Assembly: GCA_964019335.1 (NCBI GenBank)
Contig: OZ025763.1
Span: 62,001-126,000, forward strand
From: Diplonema japonicum
Taxonomy: Eukaryota; Protista; Euglenozoa: Diplonemea
DNA: 64,000 bases
Reading direction: 5' to 3'
This document shows positions 1-11,241 of this stretch, one piece after another (position 1 is the stretch's first letter; every line of letters starts with the position of its first letter). Position numbers and translations under genes: made by a program. The notes under the pieces are model-generated. The model searched no databases. It saw nothing but the letters and a program-made list of their open reading frames with translations, and had not been told where the DNA came from.

Positions 1-314
1 CCTTAAATGTCTCTTTTTTTTTTTTTTTTTTTTTTTTGACAACGACAGGGGTTTTAGCTCCCCCCCCCCCAACGTAAAAATCTGGGTCGGTGTTAAAAAG
101 AGTAGTGGTGGGAATTGTTGGGATGTGCGCCTCATGCTAGGCATAAAACTCTGAACAGAGACCTTGCACATTTTGTGAACAAAGTCACATTATTTTTTTT
201 CCACGGACCGAAAAAGTTTCTCTTTCCCCCTATTCCCCCCCCCCCCCCCCCCTCCTTAAAATTGAAATTTCCATCCAGAAAAGAAGCGAGAGAGAAAAAA
301 AAAAAAAAAGGAAA

Positions 315-2450
315 ATGAATGAGAATTTCAACAACGGGCAACAACAGCAACACCAGCAGCAAGCTTGGAATGTGCAGCAACCACAGCAGCAACAGCAGTG
401 GGGCGGGCAGCAGCAACAAGGGATGATGCAGCAACCGCCAGTGCACATGCAGATGCCCCAGCCGCAGGGGCCCGAGTACCAAACAGGGTACCAGCAGGCA
501 GTGCGTGACATGAGCGGGGGCCGGAGCACAGGGTCGCAAGCTGCCATGGCCCTCCTGAACATGGGGTTGTTTCTTGGGGTGCCGCTGTACTTCTTGTACA
601 GGATGAACAAGGGCGCGTCTGGTCCCGGTGGGTCAAAGATGATGTCGCAAATGATGGAGCAGATGAACCCCATCCAGAAGCGCAACTTCCAAGTCCAGGT
701 AAAGGACACAAAGTTTAAAGACGTCATCGGCATCAACGAGGCAAAGGAGGAGATCCAAGAATATGTGGACTTCTTGAAAAACCCAAAGCAGTACACCGAC
801 CTCGGTGCCAAGCTCCCAAGGGGCGCACTGCTGACAGGCAAACCAGGGACAGGCAAGACCCTGATGGCAAAAGCAGTAGCAGGGGAGAGCGACGTCGCGT
901 TCTTCTCCGCAGGCGGGAGCGACTTCATCGAGATCTTCGGAGGAAGCGGGCCCAAGAGGGTCAGGGAACTATTCGCAGAGGCGAAGAAGAACTCCCCCGC
1001 TGTGATTTTCATCGACGAACTGGACGCAGTGGGCTCAAAGAGAAGCTCGGGAGGCGACCAAGGCATCGGCGGCGAAGAAAACCGCACCACCAACGCACTC
1101 CTTAACGAGATGGACGGCATGACCACAGACGACACCGTCGTTGTCTTCGCAGCCACTAACCACCCCGAAGCCCTTGACACAGCGCTGACCAGAGCAGGCC
1201 GTTTCGATCGTAAAATCAACATCCCTGTTCCCGATGAGCCAGCACGGAAGGACCTCTTTAGCTATTACCTTGACAAGGTTGTCACTGCTAACAATTTCGA
1301 GGAGAAGGCGGAAGCGTTGGAGAAGCAGCGGAAGGAAACCGCCGAGAAGGAAAAGGCGAAGGAAACCGGGAAGAAACAAAAACAAGAGGACCTGGAGAAA
1401 CTGGAGAAACAGCTGAAGGAGCTCGAGGAGGCGAAGGAGAAGAAGCCGAATCAGGAGGCGATGGAGGACATCTTGCGGAAGGCGATCCGCGAGCGGAAGC
1501 AAGACGTGGAGGTTGAGAAGCACAACGTGAACGCGTGCAAAACACCACCAACAGAACAGGACAAAGCAGAGGCGAAACAAATGGCGGAGAAGCTCTCCGA
1601 GAGAACACCCGGCATCACCCCAGCAACAATTGCAACAGTAGTCAACGAGGCAGCCATTGTAGCAGCAAGGAACGCAGCAAGCTTTGTGAAACCAGCCCAC
1701 GTCACCGAGGCCTTGGACAACGTCCTCATCGGGAAAAAACACAGGTCGCGGATGTCAGCACCAGCATTGAAGCGAGTGGCGTATCACGAAGCAGGGCATA
1801 CCCTTGCACAGTGGATGCTTGCAACTCAGTCATCTGTTGTTAAGGTGTCCATTGTGCCCCGTGGACGGGCAGGGGGGTACACGCAGTTCAAGCAGCGTGA
1901 GGAGCTTGACCCCCAGTCGCAGAAGTTCCTCACCGACCAGATCGTTGTTCTCCTCGGTGGACGGTGTGCTGAGAAGATTTTCTTCAACGACTACACAACG
2001 GGTGCACATGATGACCTCCAGCGAGCCTACGAGGCCGCGCAGAATCAGGTGCAGCTATTCGGGATGTCACCTGTTGGGCATTTCTCCATTGGCAACCCCC
2101 AGGGTGAGGCTCGAGGGCGTGCGTTCTCTCAGGTTTCCGAGTCCCTGAAAAACGAGATTGAAAAAGAGGTATGGGGGAGGGGGGGTTATCACCTGCTCGG
2201 TATTTAAAAAAAAAAAAAAAAAAAATAGGCCCGCGAGATTGTGCACAATGCGTTTGATGACTGTATGAAGATGCTGGAAACGCATAAGAGCAAGGTGTGT
2301 TCTTTTTTTTTTTTTTTTTCGCCAACACAATTTTTTTTTTTTTTTTTTTTCTAGTTGGAGAAGATCGCCGAAGCCCTCCTTGAAAAGAAGGAAATAACAG
2401 AGGCTGAAATCGTTGACCTGATTGGACCCAAGGCTGTGGAAGATCCATAG
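315..2450 (+). CDS. ftsH: FtsH/AFG3-paraplegin-type ATP-dependent Zn metalloprotease; exons 315-2168, 2229-2294, 2355-2450
   Basis: One TM helix, Walker A GKPGTGKT, Walker B IFIDELD, SRH (ATNHPEALDTALTRAGRFDR) and HEAGH Zn motif. Removing two 60-nt GT-AG introns (2169-2228, 2295-2354) restores the typical C-terminus AREIVHNAF...LEKIAEALLEKKEIT, ending TAG at 2450. Confidence 0.93.
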
Positions 2451-3148
2451 AAAAGCGGGGAAGTAGGGAAAAAAAAAAAAAAAAAAAAAAAAAACAATTT
2501 TTTTTGTTCCAAGTGTTTACAGTGACGGAAAAAAAAAAAAAAAAAAAATAGGAATTTTAAACTTTTTTTTTCTTCTTCATTTTTTTTTCTTTTTTTTCCC
2601 TTTTTGTTCTTTTTCCCCTCTCCCCATCTTCCCATCTGCCTTTTGTTCACGTATCGAAATGTGCCTAATGGCGATTTGCGGTACTTTTTTTTGCATGGAT
2701 ACATGGGCGCTGGAAGAGAGTGTGACACGTTTCTGATTCAAAAAGAGCATTCCCGTGATCATTGGAGAGAAATCGCACACCTGTGGACCTGATCTCTTGC
2801 CATATATGCGATATTTACCGCAGTTACTAGAGAGGTCCGTCCATTCCGCGACAAAGAAGAAGAAAAAAATGAAAAAAAAAGGGGGGGAAGGGGAACAAGA
2901 TTGTCCCTCCTCCCGAGAACTCGCTACCATCCTCTAACCAAAAATTGAAGAAAAAAAAAAAAAAGAAAAAAGTATCGGCGGGTGACCATTTCCCCCCCAC
3001 CCCCATTTCTTTTTACTACCCCGCGCACTGCATATTTTTTTATTTTTTTTTTCCGAGACAAAAAAAAAAGTGTTTTTCTCCCGCATTTATTTTTTTTCCC
3101 CCCTCCTCACCTTCCCTCAAACCCCAACACTAGGGCGGGGGGAGGTAG

Positions 3149-4048
3149 ATGGGTGTTTCTACAGGCCAGCACTTGGTAGTTGTTCTATCGTGGTTCGGGA
3201 GCAGCGTCGTGAATAATGTTTACACAAAATTGCTGTTTGGGACAGGTTTTTCGTGCCCGATGCTTGTGGCCGTCTTCGGCATGGCGGCCCAGCTGCTGAC
3301 CCTCCTGTGGAAATGCCGGTCAGACGGAACCCCACTTCGCTGCGAAACCCCCTTGCGGGACATACTCCCCATCTCGCTAACACAAATTATAGGCAACGTG
3401 TGCCACAAGTCAGCCCTAATGCACACCACCATCCCTGTCGTTCACACTGTCAAAAGCATGACAACTTGCATGACCGCAATTCTCGGATACAGCTTGTATA
3501 GCCAGAATGTACCTTCCGTCTTAGCCGTTTTCCTAATGATCCTGGGGGTCGCATCGGCACTGATCACAAGTACTGAAGGGCTTACTTATGTTGGTGTTGG
3601 GTACGCGGCTACCTGTGTGGTTGTGGACAGCTTCCGTGCTTTGATGGGGAAATCCGTGCTGAAGGATCATCAAAGCCAGACGCTGGTCCGTGTTCAAATG
3701 GTGTCATTGGCTGTTTTTACGCCGGTCGCGGTTTTTGTAGAAGGTGAGAAATTTTACAATTGTTACGCGTCTCCGCAAGGGCTGCCCTACACGTACCTTC
3801 TCCTTTCTGTGTTGGGTGTTGCTTTTATGGAGCTGTCGAACTTCGCGTATCTCATCATATCCACACCCCTGTCCCACTCCATGTTCAATAGCCTTCGCTG
3901 TCTTGTTGTTGTGGCAGCGGGTATTCTCTTTGGTGCCCCGTGGACGTTCCGCTTCCTCCTTGGTACTGCGGTCGCTGTCTCTGGTGTTGCCCTCCACACG
4001 TACTGCGCCATCCCCAAGACACACCCCGTTCGTCCGAAACAAGATTAA
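3149..4048 (+). CDS. Triose-phosphate/nucleotide-sugar transporter family (DMT superfamily, SLC35E-like)
   Basis: 299-aa polytopic membrane ORF with TPT-family-like motifs (W...S...N.YTK.L, HTVKS, STPLSHSMFN). Confidence 0.75.
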   Translation: MGVSTGQHLVVVLSWFGSSVVNNVYTKLLFGTGFSCPMLVAVFGMAAQLLTLLWKCRSDGTPLRCETPLRDILPISLTQIIGNVCHKSALMHTTIPVVHTVKSMTTCMTAILGYSLYSQNVPSVLAVFLMILGVASALITSTEGLTYVGVGYAATCVVVDSFRALMGKSVLKDHQSQTLVRVQMVSLAVFTPVAVFVEGEKFYNCYASPQGLPYTYLLLSVLGVAFMELSNFAYLIISTPLSHSMFNSLRCLVVVAAGILFGAPWTFRFLLGTAVAVSGVALHTYCAIPKTHPVRPKQD

Positions 4049-4179
4049 ATAACCTAGATGTGGTGATTGACTCCTTCCTCAATGCCATCCATGACTGAAA
4101 GGCAAACCCCGGGCCGGCACCGTAGAATGGTGACAGGCACGTGTAGGATAGTCCACGGTCGGGCACCAACCAGCCTACC

Positions 4180-4211
<32 letters not shown>

Positions 4212-4259
4212 GCGGAGTTTGCATGTGACAATCGACTTTTTCTTCTTCTTCTTTTTATT

Positions 4260-4297
<38 letters not shown>

Positions 4298-4481
4298 ACG
4301 ACCGTAAAGAAAAAAAGAGGGAAAAAAAAAAAAAGAATAAAAAAGAAAGAGGAACAAAGAATGTCCAGGTTCTTCTGGGCCCGCACGCTTTTTCTTTTTG
4401 TTTTGTTTGTTTCTATTTAGTTAACTTTGCCTCCCTTTATTCTTGATTTTCTTTCACTCAGGACGACCACCCTCGGGGAAC

Positions 4482-7115
4482 ATGGAGATCGTGGTGCGGG
4501 ATGTTGCTGGGAAGCTACACATCCAAGAGGTGTTGCAGAAGACAACGCTAAAAGAGCTGAAGGCGCAAATTGCGGACGAACTGAGCCTGAGCGCTGAGGG
4601 CATACTCCTTCAGATTGAGGGCAAGGTGTATGGGACTGACCTCGACACGGAGGAGATTGGGGATTTGCCTGTGGAGGTTGGGCAGGAGATACAGCTTGTG
4701 CTTAACACCAAGGAGGTGGCACTGGCCAAGTTAAGGCGCTTGGGGCTCCCGCTGACTTTAAACGGAGGCATAAGGGCAGCCACGGTGCATACGACAGAAA
4801 TAGTTGTAGCTTACGTGGAAGCAGGGCTGGGCAGCCGCACCATGCTCATAACATGTATAGAAAAACGTAACTTTGTAACTGCCAAAGCAATGATGTCAAC
4901 CTCTCTAGATGCGAGTATTATCCATAGCACACACATCACCCGATTGTACCTCAAGACGGGGAACTACGAGTTCGTGAGCGATCTGGTAAGCCTCGGCCTC
5001 AGCTTTTCAGGCAGAATAAACCCCTACATGTGCCTTCCCGCTTCCCTCGACAGTGTTGAGCTCCTGAGATTTTTCAAGCTCTTCGCCTCACACGCACCTC
5101 CTTCAACATGGCGTGAAGCGCTCGGTACAACTAACAACCATTCCATAGCCTGCGCGTTGCTGGAGAGCAACCCCGATGCCAGGATACCCTTCAGCTGTTA
5201 TGTGTCGTGTGTGAAAGAACGCAACTCGGTTCTGTTGGCCAAGTACGAGGCCCACAAGGGGGGTGTGTCCTACGGGTGCCTCAACAAGCAGCTGAAAACG
5301 CTTGTCGCCACGGTGACGAAGCCGTGGGAAGAGCTCGCTGCGAAGCTGCTAGTCAACAGGAACGACACGGTCCCTGTGTCCCAGAAGTGCAAGGACTACC
5401 TATTGGCGGTGGCTGCCGAGAGACATTGCACCGTAGTGATCCAAGCTCTACTCGAGATGGGTTCCGAAGCTAGCAAGGCCATGCCTTCCGCTCGCAAACT
5501 CGACGTAATCAGAACACTGGTAGCACACGGTGGTGATGTGAACTACAAGAACACCTCTGGGGAGACAGCACTGGGACAAGCTGTGAAACGCGAGGACATT
5601 GACACAGTAAAATACCTGCTGGGCAGAGGCGCGAACTGCAACCTGCGATTCAACAGGAACTCAACGCTCCTCACGTCTGCCTCAAGGCTCGACAACGTGG
5701 AGATCCTCGAAACACTGCTCGAGGCAGGCGCCGACCCGCATGTTACAACACAAGCAGGGTTCAACTGTGCAAGCGCGGCTGCGGCATCAGGGGCCCTTAA
5801 GACACTAAAAGTCCTTCAGAAACTCGGGGTGAGCACCGAGTACCCAAAGCGCGTGACGTTGCTTCACATCAATGCAAAGGCGTCGTCGAACAAGTTGGTC
5901 AGCCTGGCATCTACCGAGAAGGGCATCGACTGCAGCGACGAGGACGGCAAGACCCTGCTCATGCACGCTGCTATAGGCGGAAACATCGTGGCGCCTACAG
6001 TGCTACGCAGCTGCAAAAAGATACTCAATGTGACATGCAACAAAGGGATCACCGCATTAGGGTACGCCATTGGAAAGCCCAACTTTGCATTCGCCGAACA
6101 TCTTCTGGCAGCGGGCGCCGCGGCGAAGGGGGCGATGTGCGAGGTGGAAGGCGAACGAATGCCCCTTATGAGGGGGTACGCACGTCATGCTCTGCACGCT
6201 AAAAGCTCCATCCTCATTGAAATGTTGAAAACTGCAGGCTGCACAGCGGACGTACTCACCGTGAAGGTCCTTTCGAGGCATCAGTACCGACAAGCAATGT
6301 TCCTCTTGAACAACGGGAAGTACTCGGACGACGATAAGGGCGACCTCGTGCTGCATGTCGCGGAGCACCTGTGCGGGCAGCTTCCCGGGTTCATGAAAGA
6401 GGTGAAGGTAAAGCCTTGTGCATACCTCCACAGGAGGAATGCCAAAGGCGAGACATTGGTACGGGTACTTGCTAAGCTCACCGCGGCGTCTTCAGACCGC
6501 GTGGTGCTATTGTTACTCCGTAAGCTCCTCGAGCAAGGTGCAGATTGCACCACAACCGCGAACGACGGGAAGACACCACTGCAAGCAGCTTGGGCTGCAA
6601 ACAATACTCTGGTAATTGACCAGCTGCTGCCTGTTCTCGGCAAGTCCACCCTGAAGAAAGAACTGCTGACCAGCGGGTTCGTTTTTTCAGCATACGTGGA
6701 CGCTGCGTTGCAGTGCATGAGGGTGTCGCCTTCGTGTGTTGCGGACGAAGTGGGGAACACCTACGCCCATCTCTTGAACATCGGCATCGCTTCCGTGTTG
6801 TCTCTCCCCTCGCCTCGTCTCACTGAGCTCAACGACGAAGGTGACACGCCTTTGATGAGCGCGATGAAGGCAGGAAGGCGTGATGTCGTCACTCTTCTAA
6901 GCAGCCACGTGGATGTGTTTTACGTGAGCCCAGTGCACAATAAAACTGCTTTCCACTTTTATAAGGAGGCGAGCTTTGAGCGCCCCGAAGGCTGTCTGTT
7001 CCGCATGCTTGAGAAAGCGGCCAAGCCCCGTGATTTGATAGCTGAACTTGTGTTGCACTTTGAGGCTGCTAATGAAGAGAATGCAAAAGTATGTTTCGAG
7101 CGTCACATGCCGTGA
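4482..7115 (+). CDS. N-terminal ubiquitin-like domain + multiple degenerate ankyrin repeats
   Basis: ATG at 4482 follows an AG at 4460-4461. N-terminus MEIVVRDVAGK...TLKELKAQI fits a Ub fold. Ankyrin motifs include GETALGQAV, GKTLLMHAA, GKTPLQAA and GDTPLMSA. Confidence 0.8.
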   Translation: MEIVVRDVAGKLHIQEVLQKTTLKELKAQIADELSLSAEGILLQIEGKVYGTDLDTEEIGDLPVEVGQEIQLVLNTKEVALAKLRRLGLPLTLNGGIRAATVHTTEIVVAYVEAGLGSRTMLITCIEKRNFVTAKAMMSTSLDASIIHSTHITRLYLKTGNYEFVSDLVSLGLSFSGRINPYMCLPASLDSVELLRFFKLFASHAPPSTWREALGTTNNHSIACALLESNPDARIPFSCYVSCVKERNSVLLAKYEAHKGGVSYGCLNKQLKTLVATVTKPWEELAAKLLVNRNDTVPVSQKCKDYLLAVAAERHCTVVIQALLEMGSEASKAMPSARKLDVIRTLVAHGGDVNYKNTSGETALGQAVKREDIDTVKYLLGRGANCNLRFNRNSTLLTSASRLDNVEILETLLEAGADPHVTTQAGFNCASAAAASGALKTLKVLQKLGVSTEYPKRVTLLHINAKASSNKLVSLASTEKGIDCSDEDGKTLLMHAAIGGNIVAPTVLRSCKKILNVTCNKGITALGYAIGKPNFAFAEHLLAAGAAAKGAMCEVEGERMPLMRGYARHALHAKSSILIEMLKTAGCTADVLTVKVLSRHQYRQAMFLLNNGKYSDDDKGDLVLHVAEHLCGQLPGFMKEVKVKPCAYLHRRNAKGETLVRVLAKLTAASSDRVVLLLLRKLLEQGADCTTTANDGKTPLQAAWAANNTLVIDQLLPVLGKSTLKKELLTSGFVFSAYVDAALQCMRVSPSCVADEVGNTYAHLLNIGIASVLSLPSPRLTELNDEGDTPLMSAMKAGRRDVVTLLSSHVDVFYVSPVHNKTAFHFYKEASFERPEGCLFRMLEKAAKPRDLIAELVLHFEAANEENAKVCFERHMP

Positions 7116-7640
7116 CCCGATGTTGTGCCTACACGGCCCTTCGACAACCTGCGAATTCTAGCCTTGCAGAGTTCCTCGAGGGGGTAGAAGAAAGAAAAAA
7201 AAAAGAGAATTTTTTGAGACCCCGACCAACTTTCTTTTTTTTTCTTTTTATTTTTATTTTATTTCCCTCCCTGTCATTTCCTTTGAGAGCCCCGGAACTT
7301 CATCCGGTGATTTTCCGGACATTTTTTGGGGCACTTTTCAAGGGGGTACCTAGCCTGTCCTACACACTGTCCCCTCCCCCTGTCTACTGCATGTTTCCCT
7401 GGAAAAACTTATGTTTCTGTTGCAGGACTGGAGGAGTCGCAAGATATCCGAAACTGAGAGATACCTAGCACTGACCATACTGATTATACCCCTTCCCTTT
7501 TTAGGGCGGCTTCCGTCTCAGGGATCTTGCATGTTAATTTGAATTTTATTTGCCTTCAGCCTTACAAATCTCCAGGTAGAAATGTACTGCCAGTTGTCGT
7601 CGGGAAATAAAATAAAAATAAAATATTGGATTGTTAAAGC

Positions 7641-7720
7641 AAAGTGAACTTTATTCTTCCCTCGGCTGATATGCTATCCCTCGGGATAGAATATCAGCCT
7701 CTGGAAATAAAGTTCACTTT
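7641..7720. repeat. Near-perfect 80-nt inverted repeat (foldback), imperfectly extendable to about 7624-7740
   Basis: aaagtgaactttatt..ggctgatat..tatccc-tc-gggata..atatcagcc..aataaagttcacttt. Confidence 0.9.
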
Positions 7721-7780
7721 ATTTATTCAAAAATCAATAGTTATTATATTTACCTTTCTTCCTGTGGGTAAAGCTCATGT

Positions 7781-7817
<37 letters not shown>

Positions 7818-7887
7818 CCCTTCTTCTTTCATCTTCATCTCTCTTTCATTGTCACATTATACAAAATACAGGGGGAGGTGATGCTGT

Positions 7888-10800
7888 ATGTCTCTTGCTA
7901 CATCGGTACTTGAGGTGTTTCGACATTTCGACGTTGATAACGATGGGTACTGGTCCTTCGCTGAGGCCAGTGAGGCCTTCAGGGAGCTCTATGGGAAAGA
8001 CCTGGACACGGCGGAGTACGTTGAGAAGTGCAAAGGTTGCGCGGGGGGCTTCCCGCCAGCCTCTTTGAAAATAATGTACGCACGGGACCTCCCGCAGCTT
8101 GACAAAGACGTGAAGACAATTTCCTCCCTCCAAAAAGCGCCACTTCCGTCACCAGCACCTCCCCCGTCCTCTTCATCGGTCACATCTACAAAGACAGCAG
8201 CTATGATAGACACTGTATTCACCTATTTCGATATTGATAAGGACGGCTTTTGGAACTACTCTGAGGCACAGGCGGCTCGATTCCACCTCACCGGCGACGA
8301 GCTGACCCGAGAGGACTTCGAGGAGCTCTGCGGTGAAATGTTCGCAGAACCCCACGAGGGCTGGGGTGAGGAACACCTTGCTGCACTGTACGCCGACGAT
8401 GAAGACATGCTTCACAATGACTACAAAAACGTGTGCAAAAAGATGAGATCTCGGGGCAGCAAATCGTCCACCGGAAGCAAAAAGAGCAGCGAGAACAGCC
8501 GCAAAACCCATCCCTTGAAGAAGACTTCTAACGAAGAGGAACCTGCCGGAGGGGGCCTCGCCTCGTTTGACTTTGTTTCGCTCCGTAATGAAACAGAGCC
8601 ACCCACACAGAAGGAAACCACATCTGATGAAAAAGAAAAGGTCGGGGATTCGTTTGGCTTTGAGCTGTCTCAGAAGGAAAGCCGCAAGGATACATTTGAC
8701 TTTGGACCCACACAGAAGGAAACCACATCTGATGGGGGGTTCGCCTCGTTTGGCTTTGAACCGTCTAAGAAGGAAAGCCATCCCTTGAAGAAGGAAAAGC
8801 CAGAAGGGCCCGCGTCACACAGTGAACCGAAGCCACCCACACCGAACGAGGGGGGAGGGTTCGCCTCGTTTGACTTTGGGCCCACGCAGAAGGAGACTAT
8901 TTCTAGTGAACCATCTCAGAAGGAGAGCCGCAAGGATACATTTGACTTTGGACCCACACAGAAGGAAACATCTGATGAGAAAGAGAATGTAGGGGGGTTC
9001 GCCTCGTTTGGCTTTGAACCATCTCAGAAGGAAAGCCATCCCTTGAAGAAGGAAAAACTCGGAGGGCCCGCGTCGCGTGGTTCATCCCACAGTGAACCGA
9101 AGCCGCCCACTCCGAACGAGGGGGGAGGGTTCGCCTCGTTTGACTTTGGCCCCCCACAGAAAGAAACCACATCTGTTGAAAAAGAGAAGGTAGAGGGCGT
9201 TACCTCGTTTGGATTTGAACCGTCTCAGAAGGAAGGCCATCCCTTGAAGAAGGAAAAGCCCGTCGGGCTAGCCTCGCGTGGTTCATCCAACAGTGTACCG
9301 AAGCCACCCACACCGAACGAAGGAGAGCTTGCCTCGTTTGACTTTGGGTCTGGGAAGGAAGCGGAGCAGGCCCACCCCTTGAAGTCCGAGAAGTCGAGCA
9401 AAGGGGGCGCTTTTGACTTTGGACCACCTCAGCCGAGAAAGGAACCTTTTGATGTGCTGCCTTTGCAAGGGAGCACCAGGAGCCGCGGAAGCGACAAGGG
9501 GAAGGCGTTTACACCAAGCGTGTCCACAATGCCTGAGGATACTGAAGACGCGAAGGGGTTCACGATCAGCGGGAAGGAGAACCACCCCCTCCAACTCAAA
9601 ACCTTGACACCAACAAGCAGTGTTGAGTCACTCCGCAAACCCCCGTCTTCTTCGTCCGTAAAGACAGCAGCTATGGTAGACACTGTGTTCACCTATTTCG
9701 ATATCGATAAGGACGGCTTTTGGAACTACTCTGAGGCACAGGCGGCTCGTTTCCACCTCACCGGCGACGAGCTGACCCGAGAGGACTTCGAGGAGCTCTG
9801 CGGTGAAATGTTCGCAGAACCCCACGAGGGCTGGGGTGAGGAACACCTTGCTGCACTGTACGCAGACGACAAAGACATGCTTCACAATGACTACCAGCAT
9901 GTGTGTGTTAGAAAGAAAGCATACGAGAGGCCAGCCAATACTATAACCCCGAAGGCGTCATTCAACCGTATGAACAGCATGAACTCTTCTGGGAGACAGA
10001 GCACCGCCTCTAAACCGAGCAAAGCAGCCAGCACAACCACAGGCAGGTGGTTCGAACCCCATGCAAGCGAGAAGAGTAACAGCAGCCAGAACAGTCTAAA
10101 GCGACACCCTTTGAGCAAGAACGAAGAAAAAAACGAAGGGCAAAGCCAAACCGTGAGCGTGAAAAGCCATCCCTTGATGCCTGTAAACCCCGAGGACACG
10201 GCAGAAGCGCAAGTGGAACACCAACAGTTGGATGTCAGAGTAGACGAAGGTTTAATCATTGGCGTGGAAGAAATACCGCTCACAGCAGAGAGGTACGTAA
10301 GGATGCCGTTCAACGTGAAGGGGATGGACAAGGAGTACAGGAAGATGGCGGAGGCAAGCCACTGCGGTGAAGGGATGCGAAGGGTGAAAGAACTCATATC
10401 TGACACAGACGGGATGGGGTTGATGCTGCGCCATGTAGCAGAGAAGCACGAAGACCTCGGCGTGGGTCTGAAGGAAGCACTGAAATACAAAATACAAGAA
10501 GAGCGCAATATGCTGACGCTGAACAGGGATAATTGTAAAAGAATGGGCGTCTTCAGAACACCGCCTTACATAGCACCGAATTTCAGAGACTACGGCGGTC
10601 CACCTATGCCTCATGCTTACTATGTTCCTCGCATCACACCCACGAACATCCATGCTATTCTGGCCACAATTGAAACAACAACAGCAAACCTCTTCAAGTT
10701 TCCTCGAACCGAGCTTACTGAAGCCCTTAAAGCCCACCACTCTGAGGGCAATCAGCTGCGATCCCTCTCTCGTTCTATCCTCACTTATCGCGACCACTTG

Positions 10801-10947
10801 AAGGGTACTATGCAGTTTCTCACGAACGTCAGGCTGCACAAGATGCAGCTTGCCAACCGCCTCAATGAGAGGAACTACCAGAGGCACCTTAGAAATCTGC
10901 AGCAGGCAGAGGACGCCCTTTTGACCGATAGATACACCTGTTTGTGA
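7888..10947 (+). CDS. EF-hand protein with a duplicated EF-hand module and a central FxFG-like/HPLKK low-complexity repeat region
   Basis: EF-hand loops DVDNDGYWS and DIDKDGFWN (twice). 8191-8424 is almost identical to 9661-9894. GGFASFDFG, FGFEP and HPLKKE motifs repeat between them. Confidence 0.75.
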   Translation: MSLATSVLEVFRHFDVDNDGYWSFAEASEAFRELYGKDLDTAEYVEKCKGCAGGFPPASLKIMYARDLPQLDKDVKTISSLQKAPLPSPAPPPSSSSVTSTKTAAMIDTVFTYFDIDKDGFWNYSEAQAARFHLTGDELTREDFEELCGEMFAEPHEGWGEEHLAALYADDEDMLHNDYKNVCKKMRSRGSKSSTGSKKSSENSRKTHPLKKTSNEEEPAGGGLASFDFVSLRNETEPPTQKETTSDEKEKVGDSFGFELSQKESRKDTFDFGPTQKETTSDGGFASFGFEPSKKESHPLKKEKPEGPASHSEPKPPTPNEGGGFASFDFGPTQKETISSEPSQKESRKDTFDFGPTQKETSDEKENVGGFASFGFEPSQKESHPLKKEKLGGPASRGSSHSEPKPPTPNEGGGFASFDFGPPQKETTSVEKEKVEGVTSFGFEPSQKEGHPLKKEKPVGLASRGSSNSVPKPPTPNEGELASFDFGSGKEAEQAHPLKSEKSSKGGAFDFGPPQPRKEPFDVLPLQGSTRSRGSDKGKAFTPSVSTMPEDTEDAKGFTISGKENHPLQLKTLTPTSSVESLRKPPSSSSVKTAAMVDTVFTYFDIDKDGFWNYSEAQAARFHLTGDELTREDFEELCGEMFAEPHEGWGEEHLAALYADDKDMLHNDYQHVCVRKKAYERPANTITPKASFNRMNSMNSSGRQSTASKPSKAASTTTGRWFEPHASEKSNSSQNSLKRHPLSKNEEKNEGQSQTVSVKSHPLMPVNPEDTAEAQVEHQQLDVRVDEGLIIGVEEIPLTAERYVRMPFNVKGMDKEYRKMAEASHCGEGMRRVKELISDTDGMGLMLRHVAEKHEDLGVGLKEALKYKIQEERNMLTLNRDNCKRMGVFRTPPYIAPNFRDYGGPPMPHAYYVPRITPTNIHAILATIETTTANLFKFPRTELTEALKAHHSEGNQLRSLSRSILTYRDHLKGTMQFLTNVRLHKMQLANRLNERNYQRHLRNLQQAEDALLTDRYTCL

Positions 10948-11241
10948 CATATTAGTACGATTATAGTTTTAACACCCCACCCCTTCCCCCCGAACTTGTC
11001 ATCCTTGTGCCGAGTAAAGGAATTAGTTTCTACCAAGAATATAGGTGGAGTTTTAATTTTTTTCTCGGAGTGGGAGTGAATGTGAAAAAAAAAAAAAAAA
11101 AAAAAAACTCGAACAAGTTCAAAAAAAAAAAAAAGACTATTAAATTTTCTTACCTTTTTCTTCTTCCTTTCATACCTCCCGTTGTTTGTGTACCTGTAAA
11201 GAAAAAAAAAAAATCATTTTCTTCATTTTTTTTTTTTTTTC

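Noticed and set aside
4055-4180. Possible C/D snoRNA or relic of the 20363 retroposon
   Set aside because: The C box is imperfect with no terminal stem, and similarity to the retroposon is limited to short words.
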